DNA of 64,000 nucleotides from positions 31,870,001 to 31,934,000 of the forward strand of contig CM052818.1 of assembly GCA_028534125.1 (NCBI GenBank), in the 5' to 3' direction. The notes below the pieces were generated by a model. It was given only the letters and a program-made list of their open reading frames with translations, did no database searches and was not told where the DNA came from. The DNA comes from Lama glama. Lineage: Eukaryota. Shown piece after piece: positions 39,439 through 50,357 of this stretch; the first letter of the stretch is position 1; the number at the start of each line of letters is the position of its first letter. Made by a program: the position numbers and the translations under genes.

Positions 39439-40335
39439 CTAAACTCTTTTTAGTTTTTGCTTGTCTGTGAAATTCTTTATCTCTCCTTGTATTCTAAAGG
39501 ATAGACTTGCTGGATAGAGTATTCTAGGCTGCGTCCTTTTTTCATTCAGGACTTTGAATATATCTTGCCATTCCTTTCTGGCCTGTAGTGTTTGTGTAGA
39601 GAAATCAGCTGAGAGCCTTATNNNNNNNNNNNNNNNNNNNNNNNNNNNNNNNNNNNNNNNNNNNNNNNNNNNNNNNNNNNNNNNNNNNNNNNNNNNNNNN
39701 NNNNNNNNNNNNNNNNNNNNNTCCTTGACTCTGGCCATCTTGATTATGATATGTCTTGGTGTGGGTCTGTTTGGGTTCTTCCTGTTTGGGACCCTCTGAG
39801 CCTCCTGTACTTGGATATCTGATTCCTTCTTTAGGTTTGGGAAGTTTTCAGTCATGATTTCTTCAAATACCTTTTCAATCCCCTTTGTTCTTCCTTCCCC
39901 TTCTGGAACCCCTATTATGCGTAGATTGGCATGCTTTATATTATCCCATAGGTCCCTTATATTGTTTTCATTTGTTTTTATTTGTTTTTCTCTCAGCTCT
40001 TCTGATTGGGAGCTTTCTGTTGTCCTGTCTTCTAGGTCACTTATTCGTTCCTCTGCATTATCTAGCCTGCTTTGTACAGCCTTTAGGTCAGGTCTCATCT
40101 CAGCAAGTGAGTTTACTAATTCTACTTGGTTCTTCTTTATAGCTTCTATTTCATTTTTGACGTATTTTATATCTCTAAACACTATTTCTTTTAGTTCCTT
40201 CAGTACTTTGATCAGTCCTTTATTGAAATCTTGATCTAGTAGGCCATCAGTGTCTGTTTCCTTGATCGTGCTTTCAGGGGATTTCTCTTGCTCTTTTAAT
40301 TGGGAGTGGTTCCTCTGCTTCTTCATATTGCTCAT
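39439..40335 (-). CDS. L1 ORF1p (RNA-binding/chaperone), near intact; spans a 100-N gap and has a +1 frameshift near the C-terminus (ancestral stop at about 39393)
   Basis: Coiled coil (SRLDNAEERISDLEDR), RRM (NLRIIGVPEGE, ENFPNL, RPTPRHIIIKM) and CTD (IRLSADFS, ARKEW, QPRILYPASLSF). An extra A in 'ctaaaaagag' shifts the end from ...KEFSITKPMLKEIL. Confidence 0.85.
   Translation of the reverse strand: MSNMKKQRNHSQLKEQEKSPESTIKETDTDGLLDQDFNKGLIKVLKELKEIVFRDIKYVKNEIEAIKKNQVELVNSLAEMRPDLKAVQSRLDNAEERISDLEDRTTESSQSEELREKQIKTNENNIRDLWDNIKHANLRIIGVPEGEGRTKGIEKVFEEIMTENFPNLKKESDIQVQEAQRVPNRKNPNRPTPRHIIIKMARVKXXXXXXXXXXXXXXXXXXXXXXXXXXXXXXXXXXIRLSADFSTQTLQARKEWQDIFKVLNEKRTQPRILYPASLSFRIQGEIKNFTDKQKLKRV
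39622..39721. other. Assembly gap (100 N placeholder) inside ORF1
   Basis: Run of N. Confidence 1.
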
Positions 40336-41673
40336 ATCTCTGTGGCACTGTGGCTTAAGGAGTATCAGTTATCTAGTTCTCCTGGAGATGGTGTGCTCTT
40401 AATGATTTTATTGAAAGGTCTTTGTGTCTTCACCCTGTTTCACGAACTCAGCTTGCTATTTCCAGAGGCCCTCTGTTGGTGCTGCTCCCAATGGCTGTTG
40501 GCTAGCAGATCGTGCCCCCTCCTAACACTGGGTCAGAAGCTGAGCTCTTAACCCAGTGGGCGGGTGAGTCACTCCCCTTCCCGATGCCACAGTCAGATGC
40601 TGCGCCTGTGAGGAGGCAGGTGTGCAGGTCACACCCCCTCCCAGCACCATGGTCAGGTGCTGCATTCCTGCCAGGAAGGCGGGTGGCTGCCCACCCTCTT
40701 CCAGCACAGGTCACTCTGCTGCTCTGTGCAGCTGTCCGCTCCGCCTCAGGTCAGCGCTCCGAAGGTGAGCTCGGGGCAGACTGTGGAATGGCCCTGCCCC
40801 TGCTCCGTGTGAAATCTCAGCTCTTTGTTTGTCTTGGTGGTGCGAGTTCTCTGAGGGACCAGGACAGAAAAATCCTATCTGCCTCGGGCTATAAACAAGT
40901 CTCAGTCCTGCCCAGGAGGTTGCAGAGCCCCCGAGTGTGGATTTAGGGCTTGGCCCCGGCCCCACCTGGGTGCTTTGCACAGGAGGAGATGGCAGCTGCG
41001 GCTGTGCCCCATCTTGCCTCTCTTCTCACGAGAAGCGCCAGTAATGGTGGCGCAGGTCTGAGGAGACAAAGGCTATGGTGCCCGTCCCTCCAGGGCACAC
41101 CAGCTGTGTTGCTTTGCTTTTTTTTGCAATTTATGAGGGACTGAGGTTGTTCTGCTTCGTATCCCCTCCCATCCACCGTGAGCAGCCCCCTTCAGTCTCC
41201 CAGGGCTGCCTCAGCTCAGCCGCCACAGCCCTCCACTCAGCTTGAGTGGCCTGTCCCGGCCCCAGCTGCTGGCTCGTGTCTTGGGCTGGGTGTCACGGGG
41301 ACCCTTTGTGCCCATTTAACTCAGTTCTGTTGGTCAAAGGGTACTCGGGGCAGATTTGAGCCTCAGAGGCTCCCCTTCCATCCCTCTGGCCTCTCTGTTG
41401 GAGAGGGGAGACCCAGTGAACGAATGCCAGTCCTCCTTTGCCACTCCTTCCCCACGGTATCGGTCCCACACAGTTTTGCTTTTTCTTCTTTCTTTTTTCC
41501 TTTTCTTCTACCAGATTTTAGGCATCTTTGTCTTTCGAAGAGGGCGGTGTTGTGTTGGAGTTCGGCAGGTGCTCTGGTTGGCTGAGTGGGTCCGTAGATG
41601 TGAGTTTTGGTGTATTTGTGGGAGAGGGTGAACTACGAGAGTCCTTATACTCTGCCATCTTGCTTCTCCTTTC
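40336..41673 (-). promoter_or_regulatory. L1 5' UTR internal promoter, GC/CpG-rich, with a YY1-type motif (AAGATGGC) at 41654-41661
   Basis: Lies upstream of ORF1. It is clearly more GC- and CpG-rich than the flanks, and has 'caagatggc' near the 5' end as in other mammalian L1s. Confidence 0.75.
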
Positions 41674-42589
41674 GCCTGTGAATTTTTTGCTTTCTAAAGC
41701 AGCAGGGATCAGAACCACACTCAGCCACAGCCCAACAGTGACTTATGATTTGAAATAGTCAAAATGGAATCTTCTGTTTAGTTTTTATTTTCCTTCTTCC
41801 TTTTTTCCTTTCCCTACATTTTTGGCTATAGAAACACATTATGTGGAAGCCTTTGGGGTCTAATCTGGGAAAGACTCCCAGGTGAATTCTGTGGGTCTTA
41901 ACTGAGAACTCTGAATTCTGTAAGTTTGAGAAAACACCTCTGCTCCTTTCCTCTACGCATTCACATAGTCTGATAGGAGCTTGTGGCTTTTTATTATCAG
42001 TTTGCGCATTCAACAATATCCGTAAAAACTTGTTGTCACCTGCAAAATCTGAAAGTGTATTGCACATACATACTCTGGGTAATTTATAAGTAAGGTAAAT
42101 AATTTTGAGTCCACTTCTAATTCCACAGAGATGCACATCTGCCCCTTCCAGATGTTTTCTTCCTTTCAGTCAGGGTCCTGTAATTGCCATTTTGTATGCT
42201 GAAAGTCCTCTACCAGCACACACAGTTATACAAGGACAATTAAGATGACTTAACTAAAATGTAAAACTAAGAACCATGGTCTGACTTACTACAGAGTCCT
42301 AGAGGCAGAAAAGACTGTGAGGTCACCTTATTTCTAATTCAGCACTCCATCTAACTCAGAAACTTCACTTGTTAGACATTCTTCCTTCGAGTGAGTCCTA
42401 GCTGTGTGTCCTCAGGAGGGATACAGGTCCCTCCACCTATGATGCTTCTTTGCAAATTGAAACCCCTGTCCCCTCAGTGTGGCACTGCTCATACCTTCAG
42501 CCTTTTTGTGCACAAGGGCAAAAAGATGACACTACAGTTCTCCTTTACCCACTTAGGTGTGAGTGTTTCCATGAAGGTGTGATTTGGTG

Positions 42590-42780
42590 AAAGTAGCCTG
42601 ATGGTAGAGTAACATTGATCTGGGTTCAAATAGCTATTCTGCACCTACTAACTGGTGACCTTGAGCAAATTGCTAACTTACTCTCAGACTGTTTCTTCAC
42701 ATGTAAAACCCATTTCAGAAGGTGAGATGAGAAATAAGTGAGGTGCTGTATATAAAATGCCTGGGATATAACAGGTGTTC
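42590..42780 (+). mobile_element. MIR SINE
   Basis: 'gatctgggttcaaat...gtgaccttgagcaaattg...ctgtttcttcacatgtaaaa'. Confidence 0.7.
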
Positions 42781-42814
42781 TCTCTATGATGACTTAGATT
42801 ACTAATAGTAGTTC

Positions 42815-43050
42815 TAGTAATTTACTGAGCACTTACTATGTGCTAGATACTGTACTGAGCATGTCGCATGCCATATTTATTTTACTTCTCACAGCAATCC
42901 TATGATAATAGTGCTATTATTGTTTCCTGCTCTACAGATGAGAGGACTGGGGCTGGGTTAACTCACTTGCCCAAGGTCACATAGCTGGAAAATGGTAGAG
43001 CCAAAATTTAACCTCAGATTTTTCTGACACCAGAGGAAAGAGTCCTAACC
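42815..43050 (-). mobile_element. MIR SINE
   Basis: 'atttactgagcacttactatgtgctag...tacagatgagaggactggggct...cttgcccaaggtcacatagct'. Confidence 0.85.
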
Positions 43051-44004
43051 TGCAATTCCACGTCATTTGTTTTTCCCCTTCCTCCATCAGAGAAGCTCAG
43101 TACATTAAACAGGCAGTCACTTCATCTTTTTTGGGATGAGACAGCATATCAGTAAAGAGAATATGTATATTTTAGCTAGAAGGAGTCACAATACCTCTCA
43201 CTTGATGTTTATGTAATTGTCATGAATTTCAAATTAATGTCATCTTAATTAATAGGGTCACACATTAAAGAAACAAAACATAATCTTTAGGGTATTTTTT
43301 GGTTTTAAAATTTGATGATTCTATACACATAGCAAATTACAGAGAAATAAACAACTAAATAATTGAAGAGTTGGGAAGACTAAACAGGCTAGTCTTAATC
43401 AGGACCGTTCTAGGAACTGTAAAGCCATTGCCGTACAAAATAGGCAGGGCCTCTATCACTCCAGTCCTCTCTGATGTGGTGGCTCTAAAGCGAGAACCAG
43501 GACTTGTAAATTCCTGTAACCACTTATTTAAGGGAAGCAGGGAGACTTTTGTCAGCATATTGATTCCTACTAATTAATTTTTAGGAGCTCTTCTGTTAAT
43601 TTTTCCTAAAGTTCAAGGATGTAGTCCTTGAATATTGACCAATTAATAAAAGGTTATATATGAGCCTGTTAATCAAGATTCTCATCTTTACATTTCCATT
43701 TTCCAGCTGTGTGAGGCAGCAGTCTCTTGGTAGAAGGAAGAAAGGGATAATTCTTCCAGTGTTGTTCTCAATAAATGAGGATGGCACTGCATAAAGAGAT
43801 AGGTCACTTCTGCATCTAGGCACAGCACTGTGCAGTGTGAGCCCAAGACTCAGACTGACTCAGGTGTGTCTCTTAACCTTGCGAGCCTTGGTGTGTTCAA
43901 GTGTGGAAAGGAGCTAATGGTAACATCATTATAGGGCAAATTTGAAGATTCAGTAGGATAATGTATGTGAAGGGCCATGGTGCCTGCTCCTTCACTGGTT
44001 CATC

Positions 44005-45550
44005 TGGTAAATATTTATTGAGCCCCTCTGTGTGCCAGGCCCATGCCATGTACCAGGATTACAATGGATTACATTGTTTACAGTGGAAAATAAGGCAGGG
44101 TGTTCCGACCTCCAAGATCTCACAGTCTAATTGAGAAGACAAACCCCCAAAAAAATAAAAGTTACAGATAAAACTATATATAATTATAAAATGTGTTACA
44201 GGGCATGGAATAGAACACAGTTATAAAAGAGAACATGCTAGGGGCTGGGGAAGAGGGAGATGGAAAGTTGCTGTTCAATGGGTATAAATGTTCAGTTATG
44301 CAAGATGAGTAAGTTCTACAGATCTGCAGTACAACAGTGTGCTTGTAGTTAGCAATGCTGTATTATACACTGAAAATTTTGGTAAGAGCTCATGTGAAGT
44401 GTTCTTAGCACAGTAAAATAAATACATAAACAAACTAGTGTATTTAACTGCAAAAAAATGTGACACACATCAGTGCACTCATGTTATTAAAGCATATAGG
44501 ATATTGCCTGGTACAGAGGAAGTGGTAAATCAGTGTATGTTGAATAAAATAAATGTATGCAAGTATTAGGACTTTATTCTAAGAAAATAATCATGGGATA
44601 TGCAAAGATTTAATTACAAAGATGTTTAACCCCAGAGTTGTTAATCTAAAGTTGGAAACAACCTAAATGTCTAACAGTGGCTGGCTAAGTAAATGATATT
44701 AATCCATGAAAAATAAATAAAGCCCAGGGAGTGTTAATATAGATCGTGTGGATAGTGAAGGCTCTGAGGATGTGACAAACTGATTTATGAAGGATGAGAA
44801 AGCCAACCTGTGCAGGGTGGGTGGTGGGTGGGAGTTAAGAGGAGAACATTCCTGGTGGAGAGAACAGTAAATACAATGACTGGGAGGCAGGGAGAGGCCT
44901 GGCAAGTCTAAAAGATGAGCCCCAAGCAAGGAGAGAACCAAAGGAGGAAGGAGAATCGGAGAGGCTGGGAAGCCAGGCAGGGTCTGATCCTGCCTGATCT
45001 TCAGGCCGTAGGAATGAGTTTTGATTTTATTCCAAGTATGATGGATGGCGAGCCTTTGAAGAGCTGTAAGTGAGAGAATGGCATGATCCGCCTCATATGT
45101 TAAGAAGACTGCTCAGACGGCTGCATGGAGAATGAATGGGGAGGAGTGCGGAAGTGGAAGCTGGGAGGCTGGTTGAGAGACTGCTGGACCAGTCTAGGTA
45201 GGAGGTAATGGCAGCTGGACTGGCATGGTTCAAGTGGGGAGACTTGATGGGTGACTCTGAGATACTGTTTGGAGTCAGAAGCAACAGGACTTGGGATAGC
45301 CTGGGCATCCAGTAGAGATGGTCAAAAATTAAGAATGAGGCCTGGGTTTTTGGTTTAAATAATAGGAAGAATCATGGTGTCATTTACTAAGCTGGGGAAG
45401 ATGGGTTTGTGAGGAGAAACAAAAAGTTCAGCTCTGAACATGTTGGATTTGAGAGGTCTGTGAAATCTCTAAACAAAGATCAAACAGGCTGTGGAGGAGT
45501 TTGAATTGGAGATATGAGTTTGGAAGTCCTCAACCAAACTGATGTTTTAA
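44005..45550 (-). mobile_element. L2 LINE fragments (interrupted by L1 pieces)
   Basis: 'aatatttattgagcccctctgtgtgccagg', 'gattttattccaagtatgatgg', 'gcatgatccgcctcatatgttaagaagactgctc', 'aaaagttcagctctgaacatgttggatttgag'. Confidence 0.75.
44235..44430 (+). mobile_element. L1MA-type 3' end
   Basis: 'gttgctgttcaatgggtataaatgttcagttatgcaagatgagtaagttctacagatctg...gtgttcttagcacagtaaaataaa'. Confidence 0.85.
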
Positions 45551-46464
45551 AGCCTAAATCAGTAAAGGTTGCTTTATATTCGCACCTAATAATAGCAACC
45601 ACCAATTTATGAGTTTTCTCTGTGCGATTCTTCAGTTACAGCTATCAAACACAGCCATTAGGTTGTATACCATCAGGAGTTGTAACTGAGATACCTAGGA
45701 CAGGGGGAGTACTTAGGGAGGAAAATTCCAGAATTGTTGGAAATCTCTGCTGGGATGGCTGCTTCTCCAATTCTCCTACAGCTAGGATTTGAGAGATCTG
45801 TCCCATGGTGTGAGAGACCTTCTCCATGTTTCAGAATGTATCGACAGCCGCTGTCATACTCATTGGCCTACCTGAGGAAACCTGTCTTGGTGAGCCTGGG
45901 TGATGGTGGGTGAAGCTGTTCCCCTGATTTTTGAGTCTGAAGGGGTTAGGGAGCCACATAGATTTCACTGCAAACAAAGGTTCACAGCCTCTGCACTGAC
46001 ACACCCCATCTGCCTGTCTTACTGTTGCTTGGGTGGAAGGCTGTGATGCCTGTGGAAAGGTAAGAGGGTGTATCAATTATTGATCTATTGCTACCTTAGC
46101 TACCTTAGTACCGTCCCCCCCAAGTAATTAAACTTTGTTCCATAGGTCATGCGATAAACACTACATAATGGACTGGAGTTCTTAATCCTGTGGAAGCACC
46201 TAGGGGAACGGAAGAGAAACATTGATAACACTTTTTGCTGTTTTCTATCTTCCCCCATAGGCAGATATGGCCAGAACAGAGTAATAAAATGAAAAAGTTC
46301 TCTTTGGCTGAAACATGAGACGGTGCAGATTTTAGCTCTCATTCTCCTGCTTACTGCTTGTCTGCCCTTTTTCTGCACATCCCCTGAGGATCCGAATCTC
46401 AGGTGATCCATTTGAGGAATAGAAGGAGTCTTGGCTTGCTCTGTCCTTCTCTGGGAGATCAACT

Positions 46465-47090
46465 GTTTTCATTTATTCAGCCACTTCCCTGCCCTCATGG
46501 AAGTTATAGTTGGGGAGGATAAACACTGAATAAATAATGACAAGTACAGACATAAAAGGGGCAAGAAGAGGTGTCCTTGGAGACTATAACAAGGAGGGGT
46601 GGAGCACTTAGTCTTGACCAGTGGTTCTGAAAGTGTGGTCCCCAGACCAGCAATAGAATCACCTGGGAACTGGTTAAAAATGCAAATTTCCAGGTCCCAC
46701 CCCAAACCTAAGGAAACAGAAAGGCTAAGGGCTTGTGTTTTAACAAGGCTCCCAGGAGATTTTGATCTCTACCCACGACTGAGAACCACTGGTCTAAGCA
46801 TTCAGGGAAGGCCTTCCTGAGAAAATGACCTTAGTGAAACCTGAGAAAGAATTAGAATTTGGTCAGACCAAGGGGAGAGGTTAAGAAGGCTGTTCCAGAG
46901 GAAGGTCCTGGCACAAGAGAGATCTTGGTCCTTTTGAGAAATTGAAGTCCAGTGTGGTAGCAGTAAAGGAAGAACAAATAGAGAAGGGCATGGACAGAGT
47001 AGCCAGATGAAGAGGCCTTGTAAACTTGGGGAAGATTTTGCGGTTATGCTTGGGTCAGTGGGGAGCCATTAAAGGGTTTTGAGCAGCTAA
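46465..47090 (-). mobile_element. L2 LINE fragment (host of MER5A)
   Basis: 'ccctgccctcatggaagttatagt', 'cagggaaggccttcctgagaa', 'cagtggggagccattaaagggttttgagcag'. Confidence 0.65.
46619..46791 (+). mobile_element. MER5A hAT-Charlie MITE, both ends present
   Basis: Terminal inverted repeats (TIRs) cagtggttct / agaaccactg; 8 bp flanks gtcttgac / gtctaagc form a decayed TSD. Confidence 0.92.
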
Positions 47091-47874
47091 GGGCTTTCTT
47101 TGGTCAATAATGTGCTATTGTAATTTTAAAACATTTCCTTACAATCCAAAAAGGCAGTTAATTGTCTTAATTAGAACTTCCATTCTAATTCAGGAAAAGA
47201 CACAATATAACTGTTAGGCCAATCCATGAAAATATATTCACCACTAATTATATGTTTGGCACTATGCTAGGCACAATAAAGTATACAGAAAAAGATAGAT
47301 CTTCGCTTTCAGATGACTGAGAACCTGAGTGAGAAGACAGACAAAAGTACACACGTAACTCCCAGTGAAGATTGTCAGACATCTTCACTTTAAATTCTGA
47401 ATGGCCAGGGTTAACTGTGACAGGATTCCAGAGACTAGGAAGTTAAAGAAGTGCTGGGGCAGTCAGACAAGGCTTCCTGGAGGAGGTGGGCACAAGCTTG
47501 GTCTGGCAGAGGAGGAAGACCTGAGAAAGTATAGGGATCGGGATTAACAGGAATCTCTCTGTATCCTGAGGGAACAGCCTTGACAGGTGTTCACGGTTCA
47601 CATAGGGAAGTACTGGAAAATTTGCTGGGAGGAGCAGGTTGAGACCAAATTGTGTCACCAGAGTTAGGGAGAGGAAGCCCCCTCAATCTGTCTGCAAAAC
47701 CTAATCTATCCTAATGCCAAATGAAGCCATCCTTGGGGTTGTGGGCAAGGGTACTGCTGGGAGGCCTCAAGCAGGGAACTGGGCCATTTTCTGCAGTCGC
47801 CGCTGAGAATTTCTTTTCCGTCTCTTTCCCACTCTCTTGGGCATCCCTGATAGTTCACTGCTTCACACTTGTTT

Positions 47875-48270
47875 TTAAATTCTTTTTATTGAAATATGTT
47901 AGTCATAAACAAGGTCACAGATCTTAAGTTAGTAGCGTAAGGGATCTTCCTGAATGAACACACCTTCATTACCCCTACCATGATCAAGAAACAGGACATG
48001 GCAGCACCCTGAATTCCCTCCACCCCACCATTCCCCTTCCAGGTACATCCCTCCCTTATAGAATCACTGTCGTCTTTTTGACCTCTTGCACTCTTTGTTC
48101 CTGGATTCCGACATTACACTTGTGAGACTCATCCATATTGTTGCCTGTAGTTGTCGATTAGTCCTTCTCATTGCTGTATGCTGTTATGTGGTGTGAATGC
48201 ACTGCCCTTTATTTCTTCATTCTACTGTTGGTGGACATTTAGGTAGTTTCCAGTGTGAGCTATTACTGTG
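47875..48270 (-). mobile_element. Ancient L1 (L1ME-like) 3' end
   Basis: 'tttttattgaaatatg...gatcaagaaacaggacatggcagcaccc...ttgtgagactcatccatattgttgcc...ggacatttaggtagtttccag'. Confidence 0.7.
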
Positions 48271-48354
48271 TTGCATTTTAACCTTTGATCTGGGTCTTTG
48301 TCTTTGGTTTGTTTAAATTCTCCTTGTCACTAAAGTCATCTCCTGTAAAACTTT

Positions 48355-48440
48355 ATTTATTTTAATGGAGATACTGGAGATTGAACCCAGGACCTCATGC
48401 ATGCTAAGCATGCACTCTACCACTGAGCTATACTCTCCCC
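48355..48440 (-). mobile_element. tRNA-Ala(AGC)-derived SINE (camelid Vic-1 type)
   Basis: Minus strand reads ggggagagtatagctcagtggtagagtgcatgcttagcatgcatgaggtcctgggttcaatctccagtatctcca plus an A-rich tail. A box, B box and AGC anticodon arm are visible. TSD tcctgtaaaacttt / ttctctaaaacttt (12/14). Confidence 0.9.
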
Positions 48441-48884
48441 TTCTCTAAAACTTTGAATGCTCTGTTGTATGTGTATTTGGCAAAGGAAATAAATAGAAAA
48501 GAATGCTAAATAAAAAAATGAACATCAGGAGATAGATGGTTTGAGAAAACCACCTCCCCCATCCTCTGCCTTCTCCTCTTCCTCAGAGAACCCAGGCTAA
48601 GAGAAAACTACTGCACCCAGCTCAGAGGTGCTGCCAGCCAGGCACTTGCTAAATTGGGCCAGCTGGATTGCTCTCAGGAGCCAGTGGAGGGATGCTGGGG
48701 AATGTATCTTGTTCACTTTTATAAATGACTGGTTGTAGGCACTTGGTCAATGTTTCTTAAATAAATGAGTTTCTATTAAAACAAAGCATTCAAGTTGCTG
48801 GGAATCTGTTATGTGCCAGGTGGGCCCTGAGAATACAGTGAGGTATGAAATCCTTCTCTTGGAGATGTTTTGAAAATGTTTTTA

Positions 48885-49110
48885 CAGCACTTCGCTCTGT
48901 GCCAGGTGCCTAACAGGTGCTTTACATCCCTTGCCTCCTATAATTCTTACACAACTCTGTGGCATAATTACTCTTCTTGCCCCCATGTATGGATGGGAAG
49001 TTGAGGCACAGCTGACCTAAGTCATGTGCCAGGCCTATACTCATGACTCATGAGTGTGTCATAGGTAACATTCAAAGCTAGCAGATCAAGCTCAGATCCA
49101 TGCTCTTCAC
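48885..49110 (-). mobile_element. MIR SINE
   Basis: 'agcacttcgctctgtgccaggtgc...gtgctttacat...gatgggaagttgaggcacag'. Confidence 0.7.
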
Positions 49111-50357
49111 TGCCACACAGCTGGTGTCAAATGAGCATAGCCAGCAGTAAGGGCTGTGTGGCCCTTCCGGGGAGGTGGGGTTTGGGTTGGACCTTCAAGT
49201 TGGGGTGATGCTTATGCAGGTGGAAAAGGTCCTGTGAGATAGGAGGTCCAACCTGAGCACCCTCCTAGGGTGGGCATGGGGATGGGAATGATGGAGGTCC
49301 TGGGAGGCTGCCAGAGGTGGTAGGACCATGGGGAGAGTAGACATATCCTGGCTGTACTTGGAAGACACACTCCAGGAGGATGTTGTAGCGTGTCAATCCA
49401 CCAAGAGCTGCCTGATTTCATACTGCCCACTCCAGGGTCTCTGTGGCTTGGCTGCTGCTTGGCTCTCTGGTGGCCAGATCTCTGTGGTCCTGGCTTCTGC
49501 ACTTCCTGTGAACTCAGTTTCCCTCCCCATGAGTCAGCTTCTGCCCACGGCCCCCAGGACTGGCCTCCCTTTGGAGAGACTGTCCCATCTCATCCTCCTG
49601 CACTTTTTGCAGAATCTTAGCTACGGGGAGCTCAGATCCAAGATCTGCTTGAGCCTTTCCCTCCCCACAGACCTGAGAGTTTAAATTTCTCTTCCCATCC
49701 TGGGGAACCCTCTGGACAACAAACAAATCCATTAACACTTATTAAGGCTGGGTATTAAAACACTATGCAGAAAGCCCTATGGGCTACGAGAAGCACTTTA
49801 GAATTCTCTACTCATCCCTGTTTCACCACCAGCAATTCAATAATTATCTTGAAGACCATACGGTTTGAAAGCCCATCATCTGCATAGAGATGTTCCTTTC
49901 CTTCCTCCCTGTAAGTCTGCTTAGTGGTTCTTAAACCAGCTTGTGAAAAACCCATTCTGAACCAGGTTGTAAACATGAAGCAAAGCACGTGTGCTTCACT
50001 TTATAGATAATTTAAGAGATTTTCAAGCACAGTTTTGACTCTATGCAGTTTTTTCATTTTGCACAGACTTCAGAATTGAGGTCCCACTGTATTGCTGAGT
50101 TGGCTGGGAAGAAAAGCTTCCTCCTTCCCTCACCCTGGGGCACTAAGGCACACTCATGCCCGCTGCCTCTGGGCCCCCAGGGATCCTGGCAGCTGCATAC
50201 CCAGCTTTGCCAGCAGCCAAGAGGACAGTTCTTGGAGACTTGGAAATCCCTGCTACTTACGGAGGGATTTAAATCCAGTTGGCTCCTGAGCTGAGCCTGT
50301 AGTTTTGGAGCCAGGAGTCTGTCTCCTCCATGAGACAATGAGCTCATCTAAGGCAAG

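Larger units (their letters stand above)
38593..41673 (-). mobile_element. Young L1 with complete 5' UTR and ORF1 joined directly to the last ~330 nt of ORF2, 3' UTR and polyA (most of ORF2 missing)
   Basis: Perfect TSD gcctgtgaatttttt at 38578-38592 and 41674-41688. The 5' end reads 'gaaaggagaagcaagatggcagag'. The junction is at 39250/39251. Confidence 0.95.

Noticed and set aside
40512..41631. Antisense ORFs in the L1 5' UTR as a possible ORF0 analogue
   Set aside because: They have mostly non-ATG starts in GC-rich, stop-poor sequence. ORF0 is described for primate L1, and I see no similarity.
41985..42045. Minus-strand acceptor followed by AATAAA
   Set aside because: The pyrimidine tract is short, the product is unrecognisable and no gene model supports it.
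48366..48440. Functional tRNA-Ala gene
   Set aside because: An A-rich tail, TSD and stem mismatches indicate a retroposed SINE.
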